Shown here piece by piece: positions 53,368 to 64,000 of a stretch of 64,000 nucleotides of DNA. The notes under the pieces were generated by a model. That model did not search any database. It saw only the letters and a program-made list of their open reading frames with translations, and had not been told where the DNA came from. Location: assembly GCA_963744645.1 (NCBI GenBank), contig CAVUUN010000014.1, forward strand, positions 1,308,976 to 1,372,975, in the 5' to 3' direction. Numbering within the stretch: position 1 is the stretch's first letter; each line of letters begins with the position of its first letter. This DNA is from an uncultured Acidobacteriota bacterium (GTDB lineage Bacteria; Acidobacteriota; UBA6911; RPQK01). The position numbers and the translations under genes were made by a program.

Positions 53368-53859
53368 ATGAGTCTGCTCACCCGCTTGAGCGATCTCGAG
53401 AAGATCGAAACGAAACTGGCGACGCTTTACCGGTCTTGGGCCGAGCGATTTGCCGGGGACAAGGAGGCGGCAGAGCTGTTCTGGAAACTCTCCTTCGACG
53501 AGGAAGCCCACGCCCAGACGATTCGTTTCCAGAAGAAACTGGTCATGACCGATCCCATGAATTTCTCCGACGTCCAGATCGACACCTCCTGCATTGACGA
53601 AATCGATACCCGATTGAATGAGGCGCTGCAAGACAAGCAAATGAGTCTGGAGCGCGCCCTCAACTTCGCCCAGGAAACGGAAATCGGGGCGGCAGAATAC
53701 GAGTTCAAGGAGGCGGTCGTGGCCTCGAACGCGAAAATCGCGGACCTCCTGAAGAACCTCGGAGGTGGGGAACAGGAGCACGTGCAGGCTTTGAACGACT
53801 TCATCCGGAAACGGTTCTTCAAACTGCCGCCCAGGGGCAAGAGGCCGTCCATTACCTGA
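53368..53859 (+). CDS. Hypothetical protein, possibly a ferritin-like/rubrerythrin-like four-helix bundle.
   Basis: ATG preceded by GGAGG at -9. Charged helical sequence with E...EEAH and E..H pairs. No confident family. Confidence 0.45.
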   Translation: MSLLTRLSDLEKIETKLATLYRSWAERFAGDKEAAELFWKLSFDEEAHAQTIRFQKKLVMTDPMNFSDVQIDTSCIDEIDTRLNEALQDKQMSLERALNFAQETEIGAAEYEFKEAVVASNAKIADLLKNLGGGEQEHVQALNDFIRKRFFKLPPRGKRPSIT

Positions 53860-55003
53860 AGGTCACGCGCAGCACGACGATCTCCGGGCGGCTGGTTGTG
53901 CGAACCGGTGGTCCCCACGTCCCTGCACCGCACGAGACATAGTATTGGGTCTTTCCCTTCCTCAGGTAACCCCAATCCTGTTCGTAAATTGCGCCGGTGA
54001 TCAGGCTGAAGGGCCAGAGCTGTCCGTGGTGGGTATGACCGGACAGCTGCAGGTCGACGCCTGCCCCGACAGCCCGATCCAGGTCAAAGGGCTGATGGTC
54101 AATCAGAAGAATCGGGCCGGCCGGTTTCGCTTGTTCGACGATAGCTTCGAGCGGCAACCGCGTCCTGTCCGTAAAGGATCGGATGCTTCGATCTTCCCGA
54201 CCGATCAGCCAGAGGCCCTTCACATCGACCCACTGATCGCGAAGCATTCGGACTCCGTGCCGGGTCAGATACGCACAGGCTCGCTCCGCCCCGCCGATAT
54301 ATTCGTGGTTGCCGGTCACGGCAAAGACTCCCAACCTGGATCGCAGCTGGAGCAGCTTTTCGCCCATGTCCCGCTGGAGAACCGGCCCCATGTCCTCGTC
54401 CACGATATCGCCGCCGAGTATCACGAGGTCCGGATCGGTCGAGTTTATCAATCTGATAATGCGGTCAAGCCCCGAGGCACCCAGGGTGGTTCCAAGATGA
54501 ATGTCCGTGGCCAAAGTCAGGACCATCGGATTCGGGACCGCAGGTCGAGGGCGCCCGCGCAACTCCAGTTCGATGTTGTAACTTCTGATGCGGGGCAGAC
54601 GGCTGTTGACAAAGCCGGCCGCGAGGACGAAACCCACGGTGATACAGAGAATTACTGCCCCATAATGCACCAGCCGGCTATTTGAGCCGACGGGGTCCAG
54701 CACGCCCAGCCGCCTTCCGAGAAATCCTGCCAGGTCCAGGAGACCGAGAAGCATGAGGAAGTAAACCAGGGCCGCCAGCCAGAAGCTGCCGATCCAAATC
54801 AGGGCGTTCGTCGGCGGGCCTACCCAAATCCTTTCGCCAAACCGCGCCACTGGAAAGGCGAGGACAACGAACAGGAAGACCGGAAGGAACAGGGCGCCGG
54901 AGAACGTCCCCGGCGGAAAAACGCCTCGCGCTCGAACGAACACGTAGTAGTTTGCGGCGCCGTAGACCGAGAAGAAGATCGTGAAGAACAACAGGAGACG
55001 CAT
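53852..55003 (-). CDS. Membrane-anchored calcineurin-like metallophosphoesterase.
   Basis: N-terminal TM helices followed by GDIVD, GNHE and GHTHH metallophosphatase motifs. Confidence 0.85.
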   Translation of the reverse strand: MRLLLFFTIFFSVYGAANYYVFVRARGVFPPGTFSGALFLPVFLFVVLAFPVARFGERIWVGPPTNALIWIGSFWLAALVYFLMLLGLLDLAGFLGRRLGVLDPVGSNSRLVHYGAVILCITVGFVLAAGFVNSRLPRIRSYNIELELRGRPRPAVPNPMVLTLATDIHLGTTLGASGLDRIIRLINSTDPDLVILGGDIVDEDMGPVLQRDMGEKLLQLRSRLGVFAVTGNHEYIGGAERACAYLTRHGVRMLRDQWVDVKGLWLIGREDRSIRSFTDRTRLPLEAIVEQAKPAGPILLIDHQPFDLDRAVGAGVDLQLSGHTHHGQLWPFSLITGAIYEQDWGYLRKGKTQYYVSCGAGTWGPPVRTTSRPEIVVLRVTFR

Positions 55004-55162
55004 GTCTCTCCGATGTTAGGACAAACCGGCCCGGCGCGCAAAGCGCGAGGCGCGAAGGGAAGCACAGAGACGCGAAGGCTTCCGCAAGAGGCGCAAAAGA
55101 CGCAGAAGAATCTCAAGAGGAAGATGGTATATTCACTCTTCGCTTTTCCAGGAAGGGGAATT

Positions 55163-56497
55163 ATGTCTTTTACTGTCAAGGACCTGCTGAGAATCGAGGT
55201 AAGTCCGGCCCTGGGATGTACCGAGCCGGCCGCCATAGCCTTGGGTGCGGCGGCGGCCGCCGCGCTGTTGGGCCCGGGGGAGATCACCGAGATCCGCGTC
55301 TCCCTTGACACCAACGTCTACAAGAACGGAATGGCTGTCTCGATTCCCGGGGCCGATGACCTGTTCGGACTGGATGCGGCCAGCGCTCTAGGAGCTGTCG
55401 CCGGCGACCCCACTCTCCGCCTGGAGGTCCTTCAGCCCCTGGATGAGGAAGGACTCGAAAGGGCCCGGGCTTTGCTCTCCGCAGGACGAGTCCGGGTCGA
55501 GGTGCTTCCCGACCAGAAGGGCCTGTTTGTGAAGACGACTGTCACCAGCCGCGGCCACATCGCCGAATCGGTGATTTCCGGTTCGCACGACAACATTGTC
55601 TCGTTGCGCCTCGATGGAGCAGAACTCCGCGACCACCCGCTACTGAGCGAGATTGCCGCCGGAACGTCCAAGAGCGAGCTGGCTTCGCTCGAGACCTGGC
55701 TCAAGAGCCGCTCGCTGGTCGACCTGGTCGCACTCCTTGACGAGCTTGATGACGCGGACATCAGGTTCCTGGAGGAAGGTGTCCGGTTCAATCTCAAACT
55801 GGCCGACCACGGGCTCAAATACGGAAGCGGACTCGGTGTGGGGAAGACACTCGACAGGTTGGCAAGGCAGAAGCTGCTGAAGAAAGACATGGTGCTTGCG
55901 GCCAAGATCCTGACATCGGCCGCGTCCGATGCCCGGATGGCCGGAGTTAAGCTCCCGGCGATGAGCTCCGCCGGGAGCGGGAATCACGGGCTGACCGCGG
56001 TGCTGCCCATTTGGGCCGTAAAAGGGTACATCGACTGCGACCGTCGCGAAGTGCTGGAAGCCGTTGCCCTGAGCCACATCATTACGGCGTACGTGAAGGC
56101 GCACACAGGCCGCCTCTCGGCGCTGTGCGGTTGCTCCATTGCGGCTGGGGCAGGTGCGACCGCCGGCGTGACCTATTTGTTGGGAGGCACCGTTTCGCAC
56201 ATCGCAAAAGCCATCAAGAATCTGAGTGAAGACCTGGCTGGCGTCATTTGCGACGGCGCCAAGGCAGGTTGTTCTCTTAAACTGGCCACGGCGGCCGCAG
56301 GGGCGGTTCAAGCGGCTCTTTTCGCCCTGCAGGGCCTTGAGGTCCATTCTCGGGACGGCATCATCGACGCGTCTCCCGAGCAGACCATGAAAAACATCGG
56401 GACACTCAGCACCCAGGGGATGATCGAGGCCGACCGCACGATCCTCCAAATCGTAATGAAGAAACACTTTTCACGCGCGGACAAGTCCCATGGCTGA
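55163..56497 (+). CDS. UPF0597/YhaM-family protein (L-cysteine desulfidase-like, serine dehydratase-like fold).
   Basis: Conserved CTEPAAIALGAA N-terminal motif and SAGSGNHG and CDGAKAGC blocks. The ATG at 55163 has an AGGGGAA RBS. Confidence 0.7.
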   Translation: MSFTVKDLLRIEVSPALGCTEPAAIALGAAAAAALLGPGEITEIRVSLDTNVYKNGMAVSIPGADDLFGLDAASALGAVAGDPTLRLEVLQPLDEEGLERARALLSAGRVRVEVLPDQKGLFVKTTVTSRGHIAESVISGSHDNIVSLRLDGAELRDHPLLSEIAAGTSKSELASLETWLKSRSLVDLVALLDELDDADIRFLEEGVRFNLKLADHGLKYGSGLGVGKTLDRLARQKLLKKDMVLAAKILTSAASDARMAGVKLPAMSSAGSGNHGLTAVLPIWAVKGYIDCDRREVLEAVALSHIITAYVKAHTGRLSALCGCSIAAGAGATAGVTYLLGGTVSHIAKAIKNLSEDLAGVICDGAKAGCSLKLATAAAGAVQAALFALQGLEVHSRDGIIDASPEQTMKNIGTLSTQGMIEADRTILQIVMKKHFSRADKSHG

Positions 56498-56606
56498 GGA
56501 CGGGACCACCAAGATTGTATTACTTGGATAAAACTTGTGATCGCGGCTACTTGGTTTCGCGGGCACAATCGCCATAATGTCACTCAATCCACCGGAGGAG
56601 ATTCAG

Positions 56607-58334
56607 ATGGCTGAGACGTATTCGGTTGTGCTTGCCGGCAGCGTGCGAGAGAGCCAAACGCTCGAAGCCGTTAAACCGCGCCTCTCCGCACTATTCAAGG
56701 TCGACGCCGCCCGCATTGGGCCTCTATTCGGAAAAGGTCCGACGATGCTCAGGAAGGGCCTGGATGAGGCTACTGCCCGAAAATGGGTAGCTGCGATCGA
56801 ACAGACCGGGGCCCTATGCTGGTGCGAGCTTGAGCAGGAAGCGATCCCTATCCAGACCGATCACCATCCATTGGTGTCGCGGGAAGCGGAAGCAAGCGGG
56901 CATGGAACCGCGACCAACGGCCAGACCGGAGGCGTGACGAGCGATCCCCTTACACCCAGTCGCCTGATCGAGGAATTGTCTCAGTCGGAGGGCGAAGAGC
57001 AGATGGAGGCTGAGGCGCCCTGGGTCGACTCCAAGGCCGGTCGAAATGAACGCCCTTCGAGCGGTTTGGAGCAAAACACGGAAGCGGCGATCCAGCCGAC
57101 GGCCGCGGAAATTTCAGACACTCCGCCCCCGTCGACCCGAGGCGAAGAGAACCAGATCCCTCGTTTCATCAAGTGCCCGAAATGCGGCCACGTGGCCCAG
57201 TCGGCAGACGACTGGCTCATCACGAATGGAGAATGTCCGACGTGCGGACTGCTGGCTGCGAAATTCACAAAGACTTACATGGCCCACCCGCCGAAGAGGC
57301 TCCGCCGGCCGGGATCTTTTGTGGCTCAGTTGATCGGAACCATCCAAGCGTCGGACGAAAGCCCCTACCAGCCAGACGTTGAGGCCGAGCATGACGAGTA
57401 TCACTGGCTCGCCTTTTGGACGAAGCCTGACTGGCTTGCCTTCTTTGCCGGCTCTCTGTTCCTCTCGCTGCTGTGCGCCAGCCTCCCGCCGTTTCTTTAC
57501 CTGGTGGAGGCGTACACCGTGGAATCGCAGCGGTTATCAGCGCTGAACCTGGCCGCGACAGGCGTGCTCGTCTGGGCGGTCGCCCTCGTCGGCATGGTTG
57601 CCTGCTTCTATTGCTATTCACTCTGGACAAGAGACCGGCGGATCTTTCTGATCCACGTCTGCGCCTCCCTGGGCGTCTGTGCCATTCTCGCACTGGTCGG
57701 GGCAGTCCTCTCCAAGGTGATTCGCGCGACGTTCCACCTGACTGATCGTCTTCGGCTGGAAGCAGCCCTGACGCCGGCCCGGATTCTGGCCGGCCCGGTC
57801 CTGCTGTTCCTCGCCCTCGTTCTATACCTCGGCCTGATCCGGCTCCCGGCCGAAAGAAACCTCATCGGGTACCTCGACGGCACTCAGTACGCTGCGAAGG
57901 TTCAGGATGCGCGAGCGCTGGCGGGACCGGATTTTCCAGACGGAACCCACGAGAAAGCTTATCAGTACTATAAATACGTCTACGTAGACACGAGCAAGAA
58001 CGGGAATCAGAGCTTCGACAAGGTGATCCGGAGACTGGTCACCGACCACTATCCGGGTTCCTTCAACCATCAGCACAGCACCGACGCCACACTCCTGGTC
58101 ATGAACGCTATCGGTTTCCGCGATGATCTAGCAAAACAAGGCCTGATCTCGGACCAAACCTATGCCCGGCTCTCCGAGCTCGCTTACCTTTGGGGAAAGA
58201 CCGGTCACTGGAAAGGTGCCGCAAGCGATCCTGTGCGCCGTTTTGACGCCCAGTGCCCGATTACCCGAGGGGAGCTTGGTTCCCTGGAGGAGAAGATTAC
58301 CCCTCGCCGGCGGCCCGGCACCGGAAAACTGTAG
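56607..58334 (+). CDS. Hypothetical membrane protein: N-terminal ribosomal L7/L12-CTD-like domain, a CxxC...CxxC zinc ribbon, 4-5 TM helices and a C-terminal soluble domain.
   Basis: GGAGG RBS. YSVVLAGSVRESQTLEAVKPRLSALFKVDAARIGPLFGKGPTMLRKGLDEATARKWVAAIEQTGALC resembles the L7/L12 C-terminal fold. CPKCGH...CPTCG zinc ribbon, then hydrophobic segments. Confidence 0.6.
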   Translation: MAETYSVVLAGSVRESQTLEAVKPRLSALFKVDAARIGPLFGKGPTMLRKGLDEATARKWVAAIEQTGALCWCELEQEAIPIQTDHHPLVSREAEASGHGTATNGQTGGVTSDPLTPSRLIEELSQSEGEEQMEAEAPWVDSKAGRNERPSSGLEQNTEAAIQPTAAEISDTPPPSTRGEENQIPRFIKCPKCGHVAQSADDWLITNGECPTCGLLAAKFTKTYMAHPPKRLRRPGSFVAQLIGTIQASDESPYQPDVEAEHDEYHWLAFWTKPDWLAFFAGSLFLSLLCASLPPFLYLVEAYTVESQRLSALNLAATGVLVWAVALVGMVACFYCYSLWTRDRRIFLIHVCASLGVCAILALVGAVLSKVIRATFHLTDRLRLEAALTPARILAGPVLLFLALVLYLGLIRLPAERNLIGYLDGTQYAAKVQDARALAGPDFPDGTHEKAYQYYKYVYVDTSKNGNQSFDKVIRRLVTDHYPGSFNHQHSTDATLLVMNAIGFRDDLAKQGLISDQTYARLSELAYLWGKTGHWKGAASDPVRRFDAQCPITRGELGSLEEKITPRRRPGTGKL

Positions 58335-58424
58335 CGCGAAGTCAGGCAAAGCTCCTCAGCCTGAGACCGACCGAGCTCCGGGTGCGTCTCTTAAGACAGG
58401 ACCTACGCGTCTGAAGAGACCCCC

Positions 58425-59795
58425 ATGGACAAAAGCCCGCATCTTGTGATCATCGGCGGCGGTTTCGGCGGCCTGTACGCGGCCCGCTCCCTTCGCCGCG
58501 CCCCGCTGCAAGTGACCCTGGTCGACAGGCGGAACTTCCACCTGTTTCAGCCGTTGCTCTACCAGGTGGCGACCGGGGTCTTGTCTCCGGCGAACATCGC
58601 CGCCCCACTCCGCGCGATTCTGAAGCGAAGTCGCAACTGCCAGGTCATTCTCGGCGAGGTGATCGACATCCTTCCTGACCGCAAGGTGGTACGGCTCAAA
58701 GACGGTGACACGCTCGATTACGACTGGCTGATCGTCGCGACCGGCTCCACCCATCACTATTTCGGGAATGACGCCTGGGAGCAGTGCGCGCCGGGATTGA
58801 AGACAGTCGAGGATGCGACCGAGATTCGGACCCGTATCCTCCTCGCATTTGAAGCGGCCGAGAGAGAACCCGATGCGGAACGGCTGCGCGCACTGATGCG
58901 GTTCGTGGTCGTCGGCGGAGGCCCGACTGGAGTAGAGATGGCCGGGGCTCTCGCAGAAATAGCGCGTAACACACTGCGCGGCAACTTCCGCCGGATCGAC
59001 CCCGCTCGGGCCGAGATCCTTCTCCTGGAAGCGAGCGACCGCCTTCTGGGAACCTATTCGAAGGATCTATCCGAGAAGGCGCTCCGTCAGCTGGAAGAGC
59101 TCGGTGTACGCGTCCTCACCGGGTCCATGGTCAAGAACGTCCAGCCGGGCCTGGTAGAAGCCGAATCGAATGGCCGCCGGGAGGTCTTTCCCGCGGCCAC
59201 GGTGATCTGGAGCGCCGGAGTCAGGGCGTCCGAGCTGGGGCGAGTGCTGGCGGAACGAACCGGTGCACCGATCGACAAGGCCGGGAGGGTCATCGTCAAC
59301 GACGACTGTTCAGTGCCCGGCTTCCCCGACGTCTTCGTGATCGGAGATCTCGCTCACTCCACGGGCCCTGATGGTGAACTGCTTCCCGGCGTCGCACAGG
59401 TGGCCATGCAGCAGGGTAAGTACGTGGCAAGGCTCATCGTCGCCTCGTTGCGGGGTCGCTCCATCTCCCCGTTTCGATATAGGGACCTCGGCACCATGGC
59501 CGTCATCGGGCGGACCCGTGCCGTGGCCATGATCGCCGGCCTGCACCTGAGCGGTTTCCTGGCCTGGCTGGTGTGGCTGTTCATCCACCTGATGTACATC
59601 GTTCAGTTCTCCAACCGCGTGCTTGTGTTCTTCCAGTGGGCATACGGCTACTTCACCTACAACCGATCCGCCCGTCTGATCACCGGGCCCGAAGCCGACC
59701 GCATACTAATGCGAACAGGATCGAGCCGCAGTTCGGAATCGTCGGCCGCTTCCCAGTCTGAAAGAAGCACCGCTTCCCAGACAGAAACGCCTTAG
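58425..59795 (+). CDS. ndh: Type II NADH dehydrogenase (NDH-2), a FAD-dependent pyridine nucleotide-disulfide oxidoreductase.
   Basis: Two Rossmann motifs (VIIGGGFGGL; VVVGGGPTGVE) and a C-terminal membrane-anchoring hydrophobic helix. Confidence 0.85.
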   Translation: MDKSPHLVIIGGGFGGLYAARSLRRAPLQVTLVDRRNFHLFQPLLYQVATGVLSPANIAAPLRAILKRSRNCQVILGEVIDILPDRKVVRLKDGDTLDYDWLIVATGSTHHYFGNDAWEQCAPGLKTVEDATEIRTRILLAFEAAEREPDAERLRALMRFVVVGGGPTGVEMAGALAEIARNTLRGNFRRIDPARAEILLLEASDRLLGTYSKDLSEKALRQLEELGVRVLTGSMVKNVQPGLVEAESNGRREVFPAATVIWSAGVRASELGRVLAERTGAPIDKAGRVIVNDDCSVPGFPDVFVIGDLAHSTGPDGELLPGVAQVAMQQGKYVARLIVASLRGRSISPFRYRDLGTMAVIGRTRAVAMIAGLHLSGFLAWLVWLFIHLMYIVQFSNRVLVFFQWAYGYFTYNRSARLITGPEADRILMRTGSSRSSESSAASQSERSTASQTETP

Positions 59796-60300
59796 GATCG
59801 CAGTTGACTCGGAACGGACGTCGGCCTTCTGGAGCGCGGACGTCTCGTCCGCACTGGGTTCGCGGGCATCCTGCCCGCGCGCCGGGCATCTTGCCCGGCG
59901 TTGCTTTTTCCCCGGCGATCGTTGCGAGTGGGCTCCGAAGGCCGGGCAAGATGCCCGGCGCGCGGACGGGACGAGGGTGTCGAAAAGTCAAAGGTGCAGC
60001 AGCCCATCTACTCCTGGGAGCCCAGGGGCACAAGCTGCGTAGCCCCGGGTGACCGAGCCCCGTTTCGGGGTGAGGGAGCCGGGGCACACGCAAAGCTCCA
60101 GCTTTCGCTGAGCGATCGCCTGAACAGCAACCCCATCCCGGGCAAGAAGAAAAACGACGTACTCTTTACCACGGGGCTTCGCTTCACCTTCGAATAATTC
60201 CCTCTGATCAGAGACAAGTGGGGTACACACGATTTATGATGCAGGGCAGCCGGCCTGGGTGGGCCGTGCTTTTTTCAACTGGTCCCTTAAGGAGTTAGTC

Positions 60301-63300
60301 ATGAGAAGCGGTCGTCGATCACTGCTTTTGATTGTTTGCTTGTTCGCACTTAGCCCGGTGGGCCTGGCCGCCGACGGCGCTGTAAAGGTCTGGGAAGAAA
60401 AGACCACGATTCCCACGTACCTCGCCGGTGAACCCGAGCTCAACCCTATGTTCTACTTCGGCCGCACCTCGCAAGGGGCCGAGGGACACGTCTATCCATA
60501 CCCCCTCTATGACAGCCTGACCCACCAGAAAGTGGACAAGACGTACACGCTGGTCTACCTGGAGAACGAGTACATCCGAATCGGGGTGTTGCCGGAGATC
60601 GGAGGCCGGATTTTCGAAGGCGTCGACAAGACGAACAACTACAACTTCTTCTACCGTCAGCACGTCATCAAACCGCAGTTGATCGGGCTGATCGGCGCCT
60701 GGATCTCGGGCGGGGTCGAATGGAACATTCCTCACCATCACCGCGCCAGCACTTTCATTCCCGTCCAGTACCGAATCGAAGAGAATCCGGATGGGAGCAA
60801 GACGGTCTGGGTGGGCGAGTTGGAAATCCGTCATCGGATGCGGTGGGCGGTCGGTTATACCCTCCGTCCAGGCAAGGCGTATCTCGAAGCCTCCCTGCGG
60901 ATCCTCAACCGCACACCGGTCGTCAACACAATGCTTTGTTTCGCGAACGTGGCGGTTCACACCAACGAAAACTACCAGGTCATCTTTCCGCCGAGCACCC
61001 AGTTCGGAACTCATCACCACAAGCGGGAGTTCATAAACTGGCCCGTCGCTTCTACCCGTTACGGCGGGGCCGACTTTACTAAAGGCGTGGACGTCTCCTG
61101 GTACAAGAACCACGACGGCGCGAACTCCATCTTCGCCTGGAATTACGAGGACGACTTCCTGGCCGGGTACGACCACGGCAAGCAGGCGGGACTGATGAGC
61201 GTGGCGGATCACAACGTCGTTCCGGGCAAGAAACTGTGGACGTGGGGGAACGGGCCGCGCGGCAGAATGTGGGACAAGCTGCTGACCGACGAGGATGGAC
61301 CGTACATCGAGCTCATGGTCGGAGCTTACTCGGACAACCAGCCCGATTACAGCTGGCTCCAGCCGTACGAGGTCAAATCCTTCCAGATGTTCTGGTACCC
61401 GTTCCGCAACATCGGCGGGGTGAAGAAGGCGAACCTGGACGCAGCGGTAAATCTGGAGATCGACAAAGAGCGAAATGCAACCGTCGGCTTCTACACCACT
61501 TCCGCCCATAGCGGTGCGAATGTCAGTTTAAAGGCCGGGGCCACGGTCCTGTTCCAGGAAACCGTCACCATTGATCCCGGTAAGCCGTACATCAAGAAGC
61601 TCAAGATTCCGGAGGGGATCGACGAGCACGACCTCCTCGCATCCATTTCTGCGGACGGACGCGAGCTCGTGTCCTATTCACCGATTCGTCTCGAGAAAAA
61701 GGAGATGCCGGCGCCAGTGACTCCGCCCGCTGCTCCCGCGGACATCAAGACGAACGAGGAGCTTTATCTCACCGGCCTGCGCATCGAACAGTTCCACAAC
61801 CCGACGCTCGATCCCGAGCCTTACTGGGAAGAAGCCTTGCGCCGGGACCCGGGGGACATCCGGGTCAATACTGCGCTCGGCATAAGACTCTTCAAAAAGG
61901 CCCGATTTGCGGATGCCGAAAAACTGTTCCGAAAGGCGATCGAGAGGCTGACCGACAAGTACACGACGCCGAAAGAAATGGAGCCGTTCTACTACCTCGG
62001 CCTCGCCCTGAAGGCCCAGGGGAAACAGGACGAGGCTTACACCTGGCTCTATAAGTCAACCTGGAGCCTCGGCTGGAAAGCAGCGGGCTATTACTCGGTC
62101 GCTGAGATTGCCGCATCCCGGGGGAACTTTCCCGAGGCATTGGCCTTGGTCGAGAAGTCCCTGGAAGGGAACGCGATCAACGTCCGGGCGTTGAATTTGA
62201 AGGCCGCGACCTTGCGGCACTTGGGCAGGCCCGGCGAAGCGCTCGAGGTCCTCGAGGCGGCCGCCCGACTAGCAGATCCGCTCGACGTCCGGGTGTTAGC
62301 CGAAAGGTGGCTGGCTTCCCGCAACTCAGCTGATCTTCAGAGACTGGTTGGCGAAATGACCGCGCACCCGGCAGACGCGATCGAAACCGCGGCCGAGTAC
62401 CTGGACGCGGGACTCTGGCAGGACGGGCTCGACGTGCTCTCCCAGAGGGCGCTGGTGAGTGCCGGCTCGAAACCGCCCTCACCGATGCTCTTTTACTACA
62501 TGGGATTCTTCTCCAAAAAATTGGGCCGCCAGGACAACGCGGCAGACGCCTTCCGCGCAGCCGCAAAGATGTCGCCGGACTACGTTTTCCCCTTCGAGGC
62601 GGAGGCCATCGAAGTGCTTCGGGCAGCCATGGCCGCCAATCCCAAGGACGCCCGGGCGCCTTACTACCTTGGCAACCTCCTGTTCGACTGGCAGCCGGAA
62701 GAGGCGACCCGGCTCTGGGAACAGGCAGCCGCCCTTGATCCCAACTTCCCGATTGTTCATCGCAACCTGGCACTGGCTTACTCTCACAGCAAGGATGCCA
62801 AAGGCCTCGAAAAGGCAATCGCCAGCCTGGAGAAGGCCGTTTCCCTTCCCGTCAAACACGCCGTTCACTTTTCGGAATTGGACGAGTTGTACGCGGCCGC
62901 CGGCACGCCGGTTCAGAAGCGTCTGAGCCTGCTCGAAAAGAACGAGCAGATTGTCCTGAAACGCGACGATAGCCTTTCCCGTGCCATTGCCCTGAAGGTA
63001 TTCGCGGGTGAGTACGACCAGGCGATCGGGCTCATGACGGGCCGCACCTTCGCCGTTTGGGAAGGAGGCTCGATTACGGTCGCGGATTCCTGGACGGATG
63101 CTCACCTGCTGCGCGGGCAGGCACGCCTGGCGGCCGGACAAGCCCGGGAAGCGCTGGCGGACTACGAGACGGCCATGAATATTCCGGAGAACCTCCCGTC
63201 CGAGCGGGCGTGAGGGTTACCGAGCCGCGGAGCTGAACTACTGGATCGGAGTTGCCCAGGAGGCTCTGGGGGACACTGGTAAGGCGAAAGCGTCCTGGGA

Positions 63301-63676
63301 GAAGGCTGCGGGTGGCCCCCTCGATCGCCGGCCGGAGGCGGATGGTTCCCGTCCCCGGCGCCGCACCGAGAGCCAGCAGTACTTCCAGGCCTTGGCGATG
63401 CAGAAGCTGGGTCAGAACGAGAAGGCGACGGCCATCTTCCAGGCATTGGTTGACTCGGCAGCGCAATCACTCAAGGAGAGATCCGAGATCGACTTCTTTG
63501 CTTCTTTCGGAGAGCAGCAGTCCCAGCGCTCACGCCTGGCACAGAACCATTACCAGGCCGGCCTGGGTTATCTTGGCCTTGGCGAAAAGCAAAAGGCCAA
63601 GCAGGAAATGGCGGATGCTTTGAAAGTCAGCCCGGACCACCTCGCCGCCAAGCAGGCCCTGGCCGCGATGGACTAA
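60301..63676 (+). CDS. Secreted DUF5107-domain protein with C-terminal TPR repeats (about 1120 aa), with an apparent 1-nt frameshift near 63200.
   Basis: AAGGAG RBS, signal peptide, DUF5107-like N-terminal 400 aa and multiple TPRs. After the stop at 63213 the protein continues in the +1 frame (EGYRAAELNYWIGVAQEALGDTGKAKASWEKAAG ... 63392..63676). Removing one C from CCTCCCG joins them. Confidence 0.75.
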
Positions 63677-63722
63677 CGGTTTGCCGAGTAGTTTTCAGAA
63701 CCGCGCACGCAGCGCAGTCCGG

Positions 63723-63825
63723 TCAGAGCCGCGCACGCAGCGCTGTCCAGCGGAGTAAGCGGGTTCCCCCTGCCCAGCGAAGCCGCTTGCTCCGCTGGAA
63801 AGCGCTGCGTGCGCGGCTCTGAAAG
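63723..63825. repeat. Family A palindromic repeat element (copy 5, short loop).
   Basis: GTCAGAGCCGCGCACGCAGCGCTGTCCAGCGGAGTAAGCGGG ... CCGCTTGCTCCGCTGGAAAGCGCTGCGTGCGCGGCTCTGA. Confidence 0.85.
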
Positions 63826-63863
63826 AGAAAAGCATGGGCCCCCACTCACACTTGGAGGAACAA

Positions 63864-64000
63864 ATGAAGAAAGTAGCTTGCAGCCTGGTTCTGTTCGCGA
63901 TCACGGTCACCATGGCCGTTGCGGCCCCGCCGGATTTTTCCGGCAAATGGGTGATGAACAAAGAGAAGAGCGAATTCCGCCTTGGTCCGGACGGCCCCAG
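63864..64000 (+). CDS. Secreted hypothetical protein (5' fragment; continues past the window end).
   Basis: GGAGG RBS 7 nt upstream of the ATG, and signal peptide MKKVACSLVLFAITVTMAVAAP. Confidence 0.5.
   Translation, partial: MKKVACSLVLFAITVTMAVAAPPDFSGKWVMNKEKSEFRLGPDGP

Overview
This window is a high-GC (about 62-65%) bacterial chromosomal segment. The gene content is typical of soil Acidobacteriota-like bacteria: a CarbopepD-regulatory-domain TonB-dependent receptor, two DUF1080 proteins, a DUF5107-TPR giant protein, a PmoA-like protein, an FGE-family protein and a beta-helix protein. The taxon call is an inference from gene content, not a database match. About 40 protein-coding genes are supportable, and no rRNA or tRNA genes were found. 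The metabolic blocks are:
- an M16 peptidase pair plus a frameshifted fused M16 paralog;
- ada;
- a metY-metX-metW-CBS-CGL sulfur amino-acid cluster;
- glpK-glpA-glpB-glpC (anaerobic glycerol-3-phosphate dehydrogenase);
- hrpB, pgm, a class II DAHP synthase and ndh (NDH-2).
The most unusual coding feature is a cluster of three paralogous B12-binding radical SAM enzymes at 11.0-23.3 kb. Two of them are divergently transcribed. The cluster is interleaved with an IS1634-family insertion sequence, a TonB-dependent receptor, an orphan OmpR-type response regulator and an RRM protein. Their substrate cannot be assigned from sequence. Non-coding DNA is dominated by three repeat systems:
- a 42-bp-arm palindromic element (family A, 5 loci);
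- a hairpin element lying immediately upstream of start codons (family B, 4 loci, up to 3 tandem copies);
- long palindromes built from tandem heptanucleotide repeats, at nearly every convergent gene junction (about 10 loci, one of them a 480-bp nested structure).
At least 11 genes carry single-nucleotide frameshifts, mostly in short C/G or A/T runs. This pattern points to homopolymer indel errors in the assembly rather than real pseudogenes. It should be kept in mind when reading the ORF track: long chimeric ORFs and split ORFs are artefacts.
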